Source: a virus. Taken from it: DNA of 64,000 bases. The stretch is taken from the IMG/VR virus record IMGVR_UViG_3300036820_000002, positions 66,269 to 130,268 of that record; one strand, 5' to 3'. Below, one piece after another: positions 1-7,734 of this stretch. Made by a program: the position numbers and the translations under genes. Position 1 is the stretch's first letter, and each line of letters starts with the position of its first letter. Below the pieces are notes generated by a model. It was not told the origin of the DNA and ran no database searches. It saw nothing but the letters and a program-made list of their open reading frames with translations.

Positions 1-84
1 TGCCCGCGCATCCGGTTGCCCGTAGGGCATCGGCAGCTGGTCCAGCAGGTTCAGCAAGAATGACTGCGCGACGACAATGCCCAT
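1..84 (-). CDS. 5' part of a hypothetical virion-module protein (runs off the window edge)
   Basis: ATG at 84 and open frame MGIVVAQSFLLNLLDQLPMPYGQPDARA; lies downstream of the head-tail genes. Confidence 0.45.
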   Translation of the reverse strand, partial: MGIVVAQSFLLNLLDQLPMPYGQPDARA

Positions 85-135
85 GCAGGGGGCCTTTCCG
101 GGATAAAAAAAACCCCTGATGGATTTATACCAGGT

Positions 136-351
136 TTATGCCCGGCGCGCTTTCTGCGCCTTCTGGGCTTTCTGCGCCTTCGGGGAGCCGACCGGGCCCT
201 CGGACGACGACTCGTATTCCTGGTGCAGGATCTGCAGCTGCTGCAGGTACTGCTGGCGGGCCATCATCCGCTGCTCGCGGTACAGGGCGCGGGCATTGCG
301 GCGGCGCATGCTCAGCGCCGACATCCTGCGGTTCACCGGGGTCGATGCCAT
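136..351 (-). CDS. small basic hypothetical protein
   Basis: 71-aa ORF directly after the 362-1363 gene, same strand; KAQ repeats. Confidence 0.45.
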   Translation of the reverse strand: MASTPVNRRMSALSMRRRNARALYREQRMMARQQYLQQLQILHQEYESSSEGPVGSPKAQKAQKAQKARRA

Positions 352-361
352 GAAAATCGCC

Positions 362-1363
362 TTAGACCGTGCGCCGGAACGGGTGGCAGAGGAGCTCGGC
401 CTCGGTATTCAGGCCGGTGATGTCACCGCCGGTCGCCTGCGAATGGCCGCCGATGTCGTGGATGGTGGTGGAGGTGGCGCCGCGTACCAGTGCCTCGGCG
501 GTCGCGAACAGGATGCACGCCTCCTCGATGGACGCCGGCAGGGAAGTAATCAGCGTCCCCGCCTCATGGGGGTAGACCAGGGGCGTGGCCAGGGTCAGCG
601 TGCCCGGTCCCGTTTTTACTGATGCCGACGTGACGCGGACGGCCTCCTGCTGACCGGAGTCGGGGATCCGCCCGGTAGCCCCGGTGTAGGTCCCGTAGTA
701 ATTGGTGACCGCCCAGCCGGTGGTGTCATCGACGGTGATGACGCTGTCCCCGGCATCAGCTGAGACCGTGACCTCGCTGTGCGGCCACCCGTTGATGTAG
801 CTCACCTGGACAGCCCACCCGTTACGGCCGTAAGCCCAGGTGATGTAGCCGGGAGCCAGGATGACGGCCTGGCCTCCCTGGGCGCTGCCGCCGGGGGCGC
901 TGCTGCCGTAGATTCCGATCGGGGGAGTTTCCGGCTCGAAGTAGCCGGCCGGGACGCTGGTCCAGCTGCGCGGCCACATGTTGTTCGGGCAGGTCTGCAC
1001 TGCCGTGACTTCCAGCACCGGCCAGCGGGCCAGGATCAGCCGTGCGTTATATCCCGCTCCGCCCCAGTAGGGGGTCGGGGAGGAGCCGCCGCCGCCGGGC
1101 CCGACGGTGACCTTGAAGTCGGGGCCGTGGAGCAGCTCGTCATCGGCAGTGGCGCGGAGCGTCTGGTTGCAGTAGCCGTCGACCTTGGCTGTCGCGCGGG
1201 CGCACATGTTCCAGATCTCGTTCTGGGTCTGCGCGGGAGTGGCGTCGTCCCAGGGGGTAATCGTCGTCCAGTCGATGCCGGTAAAGTAGGCGCCGATTGC
1301 AATGTTACGGGGGAAATGTAAGGAGCTAGCCCGAAGGGCAATGGCGTTGACATAAGGCATCAC
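362..1363 (-). CDS. putative head-tail adaptor/connector protein
   Basis: ARATAKVDGYCNQTL near the N-terminus, VSYINGW, and LPASIEEACI...AELLCHPFRR at the C-terminus resemble gp6-like adaptors; downstream of the capsid gene. Confidence 0.6.
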   Translation of the reverse strand: MMPYVNAIALRASSLHFPRNIAIGAYFTGIDWTTITPWDDATPAQTQNEIWNMCARATAKVDGYCNQTLRATADDELLHGPDFKVTVGPGGGGSSPTPYWGGAGYNARLILARWPVLEVTAVQTCPNNMWPRSWTSVPAGYFEPETPPIGIYGSSAPGGSAQGGQAVILAPGYITWAYGRNGWAVQVSYINGWPHSEVTVSADAGDSVITVDDTTGWAVTNYYGTYTGATGRIPDSGQQEAVRVTSASVKTGPGTLTLATPLVYPHEAGTLITSLPASIEEACILFATAEALVRGATSTTIHDIGGHSQATGGDITGLNTEAELLCHPFRRTV

Positions 1364-1568
1364 CTCCCTCCGTGACCTGGTAAGCTACTGAGCCTTTCTT
1401 CTGGGCCCGGTCGCATTTAGTGCAGATCCACCCGTCTTTCCAGACGGAATGCTTTTCGCAGATGTCCTCGCGGCAGCGGTTGCACTGGGCCCAGGGGGCG
1501 GCTGTCCGGGCGGCGCGGCCCCGTTTAGGCCCGCCGCACCTCCTGCACAGCCCCGGGGCCCGTGACAT
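1326..1568 (-). CDS. small Cys-rich zinc-finger-like protein
   Basis: CxxC, CxxC, CxxH and CxxC motifs in 80 aa. Confidence 0.45.
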   Translation of the reverse strand: MSRAPGLCRRCGGPKRGRAARTAAPWAQCNRCREDICEKHSVWKDGWICTKCDRAQKKGSVAYQVTEGGDALCQRHCPSG

Positions 1569-1583
1569 CTAATCTCGCGGTCC

Positions 1584-2243
1584 TCATGCAGCCTCCAGGC
1601 GCATGATCATCTCGTCTTTGGTGCCCTTATCGGGGAGATCCTTCTCCCGGCACATTTTGCGCAGCGTCTGCACGTGGAGCCGGTCTAGCGGGATAACTGC
1701 TTCCGGAGCGGCTTCTACCTGTGCACGCGCGTTCATCGCCGCCCCGCATTCGGCGCAGAACTTGGCCCCGGCGGCATTGTCGTGGCCGTTGACGCACAGC
1801 ATCGTGCCGTAGAGGATCCCGGCGGGGAGTTCCTTCTCCAGTAGCCACATCGCCTCGACGGGGACGTTGACCCCGGTAGCGCGGATCGCGGCCAGTGCCT
1901 GCAGCATCTGGATCTGCTGGCTGCCGCGCTCGGCGCGGACGTGGTTGACGGCCGCCTCATCGGGGGTCAGGGGGACGGAATCAGGGGTCGAGGACCACAG
2001 CGGATCAGCGTCAGCGACGCGCTCCTGCTTCGCCGGGATGCCCGCCTTCGGGTCGCCGGGGGTCGTCTTGAGGATGCGCTGCTTGCGATCTCCCTTGAGG
2101 TAGCCTTCACAGGAGGGGCAGTCCAGCCGGAATGCTTTGTCAGGAGCGCCACGGGTCACCGTCCGGGAATGGGAGGCTCCGCAGCCGCCTGCCGACGCCG
2201 GCACGGAAATGTGCATGACATCGGAGCGCGCGTAAAGGACCAA
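1584..2243 (-). CDS. zinc-ribbon protein with C-terminal SAP-like DNA-binding motif
   Basis: TTG start after GAGAGGA; CPSC and CVNGH..KFCAECG; ends LDRLHVQTLRKMCREKDLPDKGTKDEMIMRL (SAP-like). Confidence 0.7.
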   Translation of the reverse strand: MVLYARSDVMHISVPASAGGCGASHSRTVTRGAPDKAFRLDCPSCEGYLKGDRKQRILKTTPGDPKAGIPAKQERVADADPLWSSTPDSVPLTPDEAAVNHVRAERGSQQIQMLQALAAIRATGVNVPVEAMWLLEKELPAGILYGTMLCVNGHDNAAGAKFCAECGAAMNARAQVEAAPEAVIPLDRLHVQTLRKMCREKDLPDKGTKDEMIMRLEAA

Positions 2244-2279
2244 CGGAATCAGTTCCTCTCGGGAGAACGGGAAAAGAAA

Positions 2280-2789
2280 ATGGATACGGACAGGCTTGTC
2301 TTCGTCGACTGCGAGGCACGCGGCGCGAGCTCGTTTTCCGGGGTGATGACGGAATTTGCCGCCGGGTACTACCGGACCCGGGACACTTTCCACGGGCGCC
2401 TGCATGAAGGCAGCCCCGACCCGGCTAACCCGGCCGTTCCGCTCCCGGGGAAGCGCATCGCCTCCGACCTGGAGGTCGCCACCCGTCTCTCCGGGTGGAT
2501 CGCGCAGCGGCTGGGCGGGGCGCGGCCTGTTTTCGTCAGCGACAATCCGGCCTATGACTGGCAGTGGGTGGCCGCGATGTATGACAGGGCGGGGATAGCG
2601 AACCCGTTCGGGCATTCCGGCCGCCGTATCGGTGACTTCTGGGCCGGGGTGACCAGGGACTGGCGGAATACGCAGCAATGGAAGCAGTTCCGCGTCACCC
2701 GTCATGACCACAATCCGGTTAATGACGTCCTGGGGAACATGGAGGCGTTCGCCCAGATCCTGGACCGGATGGAAACAGGGATGATCTAG
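2280..2789 (+). CDS. DEDDh 3'-5' exo(ribo)nuclease (DUF5051/Rv2179c-like)
   Basis: VFVDCE, FVSDNPAYDWQW, NPFGHSGRRIGDFWAG and HDHNPVND motifs. Confidence 0.8.
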   Translation: MDTDRLVFVDCEARGASSFSGVMTEFAAGYYRTRDTFHGRLHEGSPDPANPAVPLPGKRIASDLEVATRLSGWIAQRLGGARPVFVSDNPAYDWQWVAAMYDRAGIANPFGHSGRRIGDFWAGVTRDWRNTQQWKQFRVTRHDHNPVNDVLGNMEAFAQILDRMETGMI

Positions 2790-3109
2790 GGCTGGTACTC
2801 GCCGGGGAGGGAATGGTCCATCTCCGGCTCCGGGACGGTCGGGCCGTGGCCTTTCGGGCACTGCCGGGTCCAGGAATGCCAGAGGGTGTTGCAGGTGCGG
2901 CACCACATGCCCGGCGGTGACTTCCGCACGTAGAATTTCTCCGGCCCGGCGTCGACGAGTCCGGCGTTCGCGTAATCCTGGTTCCTCAGCTTCTTCAGCT
3001 GCCGGGGGTCCTCGATGCTCACGAAGCTGCCGGGGCCTCGCTCGGCCATGAATTTCTGGTTGCCGTCAGCGAACCCGGCGCAGCCGGGAGGAAGCTGGAT
3101 CCTGGGCAA
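2786..3109 (-). CDS. hypothetical protein with zinc-ribbon
   Basis: CRTC...CPKGH; in series with the structural genes. Confidence 0.55.
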   Translation of the reverse strand: MPRIQLPPGCAGFADGNQKFMAERGPGSFVSIEDPRQLKKLRNQDYANAGLVDAGPEKFYVRKSPPGMWCRTCNTLWHSWTRQCPKGHGPTVPEPEMDHSLPGEYQP

Positions 3110-3119
3110 TGCGCGTCCT

Positions 3120-3410
3120 TTAGAAGTTAGTGGAGACGATGTACTGGATGGATGTCGCGGACGCGGCGGCCGTGGAGCCGGTGGTCCCGTAGAGCTGCTG
3201 GCCCCTGCTCCCGACGAACGCAGTGAAGCTGGTCGGGAGGGAATGGCACTGCATCCCGTTCGCGGACGTGACAGCCGTGGACGTCCCGATCCATACCGGG
3301 ACGGCGCTCAGGTTGTAGAAGGTGACGGCGCAGGAACTGGCCGGCACCGCGAACAGGAATGTCCCGGTCGTCCCGCTCGGGACGGTCGCCTGTCCCATGA
3401 CAATCGCCAC
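3120..3410 (-). CDS. small beta-rich putative virion protein
   Basis: Thr/Ser/Gly-rich; GGAG RBS; N...PVWIG motif similar to those in 4829-5353 and 5368-5667. Confidence 0.6.
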   Translation of the reverse strand: MAIVMGQATVPSGTTGTFLFAVPASSCAVTFYNLSAVPVWIGTSTAVTSANGMQCHSLPTSFTAFVGSRGQQLYGTTGSTAAASATSIQYIVSTNF

Positions 3411-3419
3411 ATGGCTCCT

Positions 3420-4127
3420 CTAGGCGCCGGCGAGAAGCCAGCGGACATCAGGGTTGAATTTCCGGCGCAGCCGGGCCACGTCGAGGATGAAACCGGTGCT
3501 GCGCCATTCCTGGAAGGCCTTCAGGTCGCGGTCCCCGAACAGCTCCTCAGTCTCGGAATAGAGGGAGTCCTTGTCCGTGGTGTCATCAACGGAGTAATGC
3601 CGGTGTTCCACTACCGCTTCGGGGACATACCGGATCAGCCCGGAATGGACACCCAGGTCGGCGATAATATTGTCACAGTAAAAATGCATTTGCCATGGCG
3701 GCGCGAACCAGCCCAGCTCGGTGACCAGGTCGGAGCTGGCCAGCCAGATCTCCGGGATGTCGGAGCGCCTCTTGTCATCGGGATAGACCCAGCCGGTGCC
3801 GCCGAGGTCATCCAGGGCCCGCAGCAGGATCTCGTCCCAGCCGGGGGTGAGGAAGACGTGGTCGTCGCCGGCGAACATCAGCGTGTCATACAGCGGCGCG
3901 TGAGCCAGCGCGGCTGCGTTCAGCTTCCCGCTAAAGAAGGCGCGCGGGGTGATGACGGTATGCGCCGCATCTCCCCAGTCGGTACCGTCATAGGAGTCGT
4001 CGTCGCAGTCCGTCACGACCAGGATCTCGGTGTCCGGGGACGTCCTGGTCGCACGGAAAGAATCAAGCAGCCGGGCGAGCTGGCCCGGACGGGTCCTGGT
4101 CGGGACGATTACCAGCAGGGAAGTCAC
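3420..4127 (-). CDS. glycosyltransferase family 2
   Basis: LLVIVPTRTRP, LVVTDCDD, KLN, FAGDDH (DxD-like), HFYCD and VVEHRH motifs. Confidence 0.85.
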   Translation of the reverse strand: MTSLLVIVPTRTRPGQLARLLDSFRATRTSPDTEILVVTDCDDDSYDGTDWGDAAHTVITPRAFFSGKLNAAALAHAPLYDTLMFAGDDHVFLTPGWDEILLRALDDLGGTGWVYPDDKRRSDIPEIWLASSDLVTELGWFAPPWQMHFYCDNIIADLGVHSGLIRYVPEAVVEHRHYSVDDTTDKDSLYSETEELFGDRDLKAFQEWRSTGFILDVARLRRKFNPDVRWLLAGA

Positions 4128-4828
4128 TCACACGGTCCTTTGCCGTCACGGGCACGCTGGTAGGAATCCCAGGTGCCGCAGTCGCGGAAGTCATCCAGCC
4201 ACACCACCGGGGTGCCCTGCAGGGCAGTGACAGGCCCCCGGACCTGCCGCAGGGTGGAGGCGGTGATCAGGTCCAGCCCAGCCAGCCCGTCCGGGCCGCT
4301 GAACCCGAACATGCCCCAGGCACTGTCATAGATCCCGGGGACGTCTGGCTTGTCCTCATAGGCCACGACGTGGTCATCGCGGGTGCGCAGCGCCCCGAGG
4401 GCGCCCAGTTCCTCTTCGGGCTTAGGTGCCGCCGCGAAGCAGAAGCCGCTCTCCAGCAGCCGGTCCCCGATCCGGGACAGCACGTCCCCGGTGCAGGAGT
4501 AGATGACGTCGGGAAGCATCAGGATGGTAATGCTCCCCAGCCAGGGTTCCAGGCAGCGGACGGCGTCAGGCATATCCCTGGTGTCGGGGTCCTGCCGGAC
4601 CCGGGCCAGCGGCGCCCTGGGGAGCCTGCGGCCGATGTAGGCTGCCGTCTGCTCCCGCATCCCGCCGTCCATCAGCAGGATGCGGACGTCGAGGCCCGTT
4701 TCCCGGATCAGGTCCAGGCAGGAGTCGATGACGAGCCTGCCCGGCTCCAGCGGGGCCAGTTCCTTGGGGAACGGCAGCCCCAGACGTGATCCCGCCCCGG
4801 CGCAGGGGAGGATCACTGTCGCGATCAC
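4124..4828 (-). CDS. sugar-phosphate nucleotidyltransferase (NTP_transferase family)
   Basis: VILPCAGAGSRLGLPFPKEL signature, LPD, YEDKP, DCGTWDSY. Confidence 0.85.
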   Translation of the reverse strand: MIATVILPCAGAGSRLGLPFPKELAPLEPGRLVIDSCLDLIRETGLDVRILLMDGGMREQTAAYIGRRLPRAPLARVRQDPDTRDMPDAVRCLEPWLGSITILMLPDVIYSCTGDVLSRIGDRLLESGFCFAAAPKPEEELGALGALRTRDDHVVAYEDKPDVPGIYDSAWGMFGFSGPDGLAGLDLITASTLRQVRGPVTALQGTPVVWLDDFRDCGTWDSYQRARDGKGPCE

Positions 4829-5353
4829 TTACACGACCCCGGCCGTCACGCGCAGCTGCCCGAAGGTAGGCGTGCACGTGTAGATGACGTCAGAGGTGGC
4901 GTGAGGGTACTGCAGGGTGGTCGCCAGCGTCAGTGACGTGGAAGCCAGCCCGAAGGTGGAGATTGCCACTACTTCCGCGTTCGCGGTGTTCACCGTGTTC
5001 GCGATCATGATGGTCCCCCCGGTGAACAGGCTGCCGGTAGTCGCCGTGACAGCGCAGGTGATCACGGTGACGCCGGGAGCCACCGCCGCGCCGACGGTGC
5101 CGATGACCGGCCCCTGGGAGACCGCTGACATCGCGTACATCGCGACGTTGCCGATGAGCTCCACCGGCCGTGACCTCGGCGTGATCGGGAAGCCCCCGTT
5201 GATCCCCATGCCCTGCTGCCCGACGTAGACCGTGTTCAGGCCTTCATTGCTGAGCCGCAGGTTGGTAGTCGCCGACGTATTCGGGGTGAAGATCCACGTC
5301 GGGGTGTAGGTGAGGTTGACATGCTGGTCGACCCCGGGCCCGAGGTAGGGCAT
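4829..5353 (-). CDS. putative virion/decoration protein
   Basis: ATG after AGGAG; Thr/Val-rich beta-like sequence; near the capsid gene. Confidence 0.55.
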   Translation of the reverse strand: MPYLGPGVDQHVNLTYTPTWIFTPNTSATTNLRLSNEGLNTVYVGQQGMGINGGFPITPRSRPVELIGNVAMYAMSAVSQGPVIGTVGAAVAPGVTVITCAVTATTGSLFTGGTIMIANTVNTANAEVVAISTFGLASTSLTLATTLQYPHATSDVIYTCTPTFGQLRVTAGVV

Positions 5354-5367
5354 CTGGTTCTCCTGTC

Positions 5368-5667
5368 TCAGACGACCGAGACGACCGACGCCCAGCCGAG
5401 GTTGACCGTGGCGGTTCCCGGGCTGTACGCGTAGATCTTGGCGGACGGCGGCGCCTGTCCCATCAGCACGGTGGTCTGCCCGGCCGGGATCAGGAAGCCG
5501 GTGGCGGCAGCGGCACTGGAGGCAGACGTGCCCATCGTCACGTACAGCAGGGCGGTGCTGCCGTTGTTGATGGCCAGGTCCCGGTAGTAACCGGTGGCCG
5601 GGATGGTGTACGGGGTGGTGCTGGACGTGATGGTCGCCGTGGTGAAGTAGCTGACGGCAAGAGCCAC
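5368..5667 (-). CDS. putative virion/decoration protein
   Basis: GTG after AAGGAG; Thr/Ser-rich; directly downstream of the capsid gene. Confidence 0.55.
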   Translation of the reverse strand: MALAVSYFTTATITSSTTPYTIPATGYYRDLAINNGSTALLYVTMGTSASSAAAATGFLIPAGQTTVLMGQAPPSAKIYAYSPGTATVNLGWASVVSVV

Positions 5668-5767
5668 ACAACTCCTTTTCCTGTGTGCTGGGTAACGGAA
5701 GACGGGCGGCTCTGCGCCGCGATCGCGGTACCTGCATGACAGTTGCATCACGCAGGTACCGCTCTCA

Positions 5768-7708
5768 TTAGCTGTACGGGGTGGTGTCGGAAACCTGCAG
5801 GCCCTGCAGGATCCCCGAATAGAACGGCGCGTGCGCGATCAGGCTGCCCAGGAGGAAGATCGAGTACCTGAACGTCGCGTCGATGACAGGCCAGGCGACG
5901 CTGCAGTAGTCCTGGACGCAGGTCATCTCCCACGCATTGTCGATGTGGCTCCAGGTCTGCGGCAGCTGGTAGCTCATCAGCAGGGCGGTGCCCTGGCTCA
6001 TCCACGGGTGGACGGTGAGCTTGACGGTGCTGCGGGTGACCGGGTTGACGAACTCGGCGACGGCCGCGCCCGCCCGGATGCCGCTGATCTGGTCCTGGCT
6101 GATGTTCAGCAGGTAATTCAGCGCGCTGCCCTGCAGCAGCATGTCGTTGGCCAGCCGCATCAGGTCGCCGCCGTCCGCGACGATCTCGCTCGGGTCCGCC
6201 TTGTAGGCACCCGGGGTGACCTGGTTCATCCCGTTGTTCTCCCACAGGGCGTCCAGCGCGGTGAAGATCGCGTTGGTGCTCAGGTGGGTGCCGACGGACT
6301 GGTTGACGTAACCGCCCTGCCAGACGCCGCCGGCCTCGAAGCCGACATTGCTGTACGGCCCGGAGCCAGTCGAGGACAGGCCGGACAGGACGGGGATGAG
6401 CCCCTCCATCCGGTTGCCGGAACCGGTGCCGGTGTCGGCGCCGGGGGCGGCCTGCTGGGAGGAGGTGGAGATGGTCCCCTGCAGGGTGACCCGGTAACCG
6501 CCGACAGCGGTGGGGGACTGCTTGCCGGAGTAGGAGACACCGGACTGCACGGTGGTGCCGACCATCAGGTACGGGGTGGAGGCGGTCGCCGCGTAGATGT
6601 TGTACTGCTGAGCCCCCGGGACCGGGGAGATCGCGACATCAGCGACCGAGTTGGCCGCCAGGGTGGCGGTCCCGTTCGCGGAGGCGACCGTCTCGCCGAA
6701 GTAGTTCAGCGCGGTCACCGCGACATACAGGGTGCCTGATGTGGTGCCCAGCGCCGTCTCGTTGGAGCCGGCGGTCCGGACGGTGACCGTGGGGGCGGCC
6801 GGGGTCGCCAGCGGCTGCGAGCTGCCGGCGATCATCTGGTATTCCTCGCCGAGCATCATCTCCTGCAGCAGGACCAGGTTCGCCAGTGCGCTCAGGTCCT
6901 CGAATCCCTGCCCCTCAAACTGGGCAAGCCACGACAGTGCTTCGGTCAGCCCGAAGAAGCGGTAGGGGACGTTGAGCTTGTACTCGGTCTGCTTGCCGGT
7001 CTGCGGCAGGTTGATCGGCCAGTTCCCCGACCCGGAGATCGAGTTGTTCGAGGTCTGCACCAGCTCGGGGATCGAGATGTCGATGATCCCCTGGCCGCCG
7101 GTCTGGCTGCCGGAGATCCCGAGCAGGCCGTAGACCTGACGGGAAGCGCCCTGGCCGGCCGGCCTCGGGAACTTGTTCCGGAACAGGGTGTATACGGGAT
7201 ATACGAGCCTGCTCGGCGCAAGGAGGTCGAAGGGGACCAGGCCGTAGGGCTGGCCGGAGGTGCCCATGTTCGTCGCGGTGAACGACTTGGGCAGGTCCAC
7301 GCCCATGCTCTTGGCGAGGGAGATGTCCATGCTCTTGCGGACGCTCGCGTCGTTGGCCAGCCGGTAACCGATGTTCCCTGCCGCCGGGTGGCGCAGGAAG
7401 TCGGGACTGAACCGGGCTGCGACGCTGTCGCTGTCCCAGCGCCCTTCGGCGACGGCCGCGCGGGTGTCCAGGATGGCCTGGTGGCTCTTGGACAGGATCG
7501 CGGTGTTATGCTGGGCCTCATTCAGCGGCACGCCGCCGTTGGTGACATGCCCGACGCCCTTGACCAGGGACTTGCTCAGCGAGGTGAAGGTCGCCTCATA
7601 ATTACTGCGCCGCGCGGTCCGCGCGGCAGCGGCACTGGCCGCGCCGGCGCTGGCGCCGCCCATCTGGGGGGCCTCGATGCCCTCCTCGGTGCTGACGATA
7701 TCCGCCAC
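5768..7708 (-). CDS. major capsid protein with inserted beta-rich domain
   Basis: 646 aa after the protease gene; PFDLLAPS..VYPVYTLFRNKFPR, LLQEMMLGEEY, VHPWMSQG; central Ig/Fn3-like insertion (YVAVTALNYFGET, PGAQQYNIY). Confidence 0.8.
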   Translation of the reverse strand: MADIVSTEEGIEAPQMGGASAGAASAAAARTARRSNYEATFTSLSKSLVKGVGHVTNGGVPLNEAQHNTAILSKSHQAILDTRAAVAEGRWDSDSVAARFSPDFLRHPAAGNIGYRLANDASVRKSMDISLAKSMGVDLPKSFTATNMGTSGQPYGLVPFDLLAPSRLVYPVYTLFRNKFPRPAGQGASRQVYGLLGISGSQTGGQGIIDISIPELVQTSNNSISGSGNWPINLPQTGKQTEYKLNVPYRFFGLTEALSWLAQFEGQGFEDLSALANLVLLQEMMLGEEYQMIAGSSQPLATPAAPTVTVRTAGSNETALGTTSGTLYVAVTALNYFGETVASANGTATLAANSVADVAISPVPGAQQYNIYAATASTPYLMVGTTVQSGVSYSGKQSPTAVGGYRVTLQGTISTSSQQAAPGADTGTGSGNRMEGLIPVLSGLSSTGSGPYSNVGFEAGGVWQGGYVNQSVGTHLSTNAIFTALDALWENNGMNQVTPGAYKADPSEIVADGGDLMRLANDMLLQGSALNYLLNISQDQISGIRAGAAVAEFVNPVTRSTVKLTVHPWMSQGTALLMSYQLPQTWSHIDNAWEMTCVQDYCSVAWPVIDATFRYSIFLLGSLIAHAPFYSGILQGLQVSDTTPYS

Positions 7709-7734
7709 ACACTCTCCGATCTGCGGTAAGGAAC

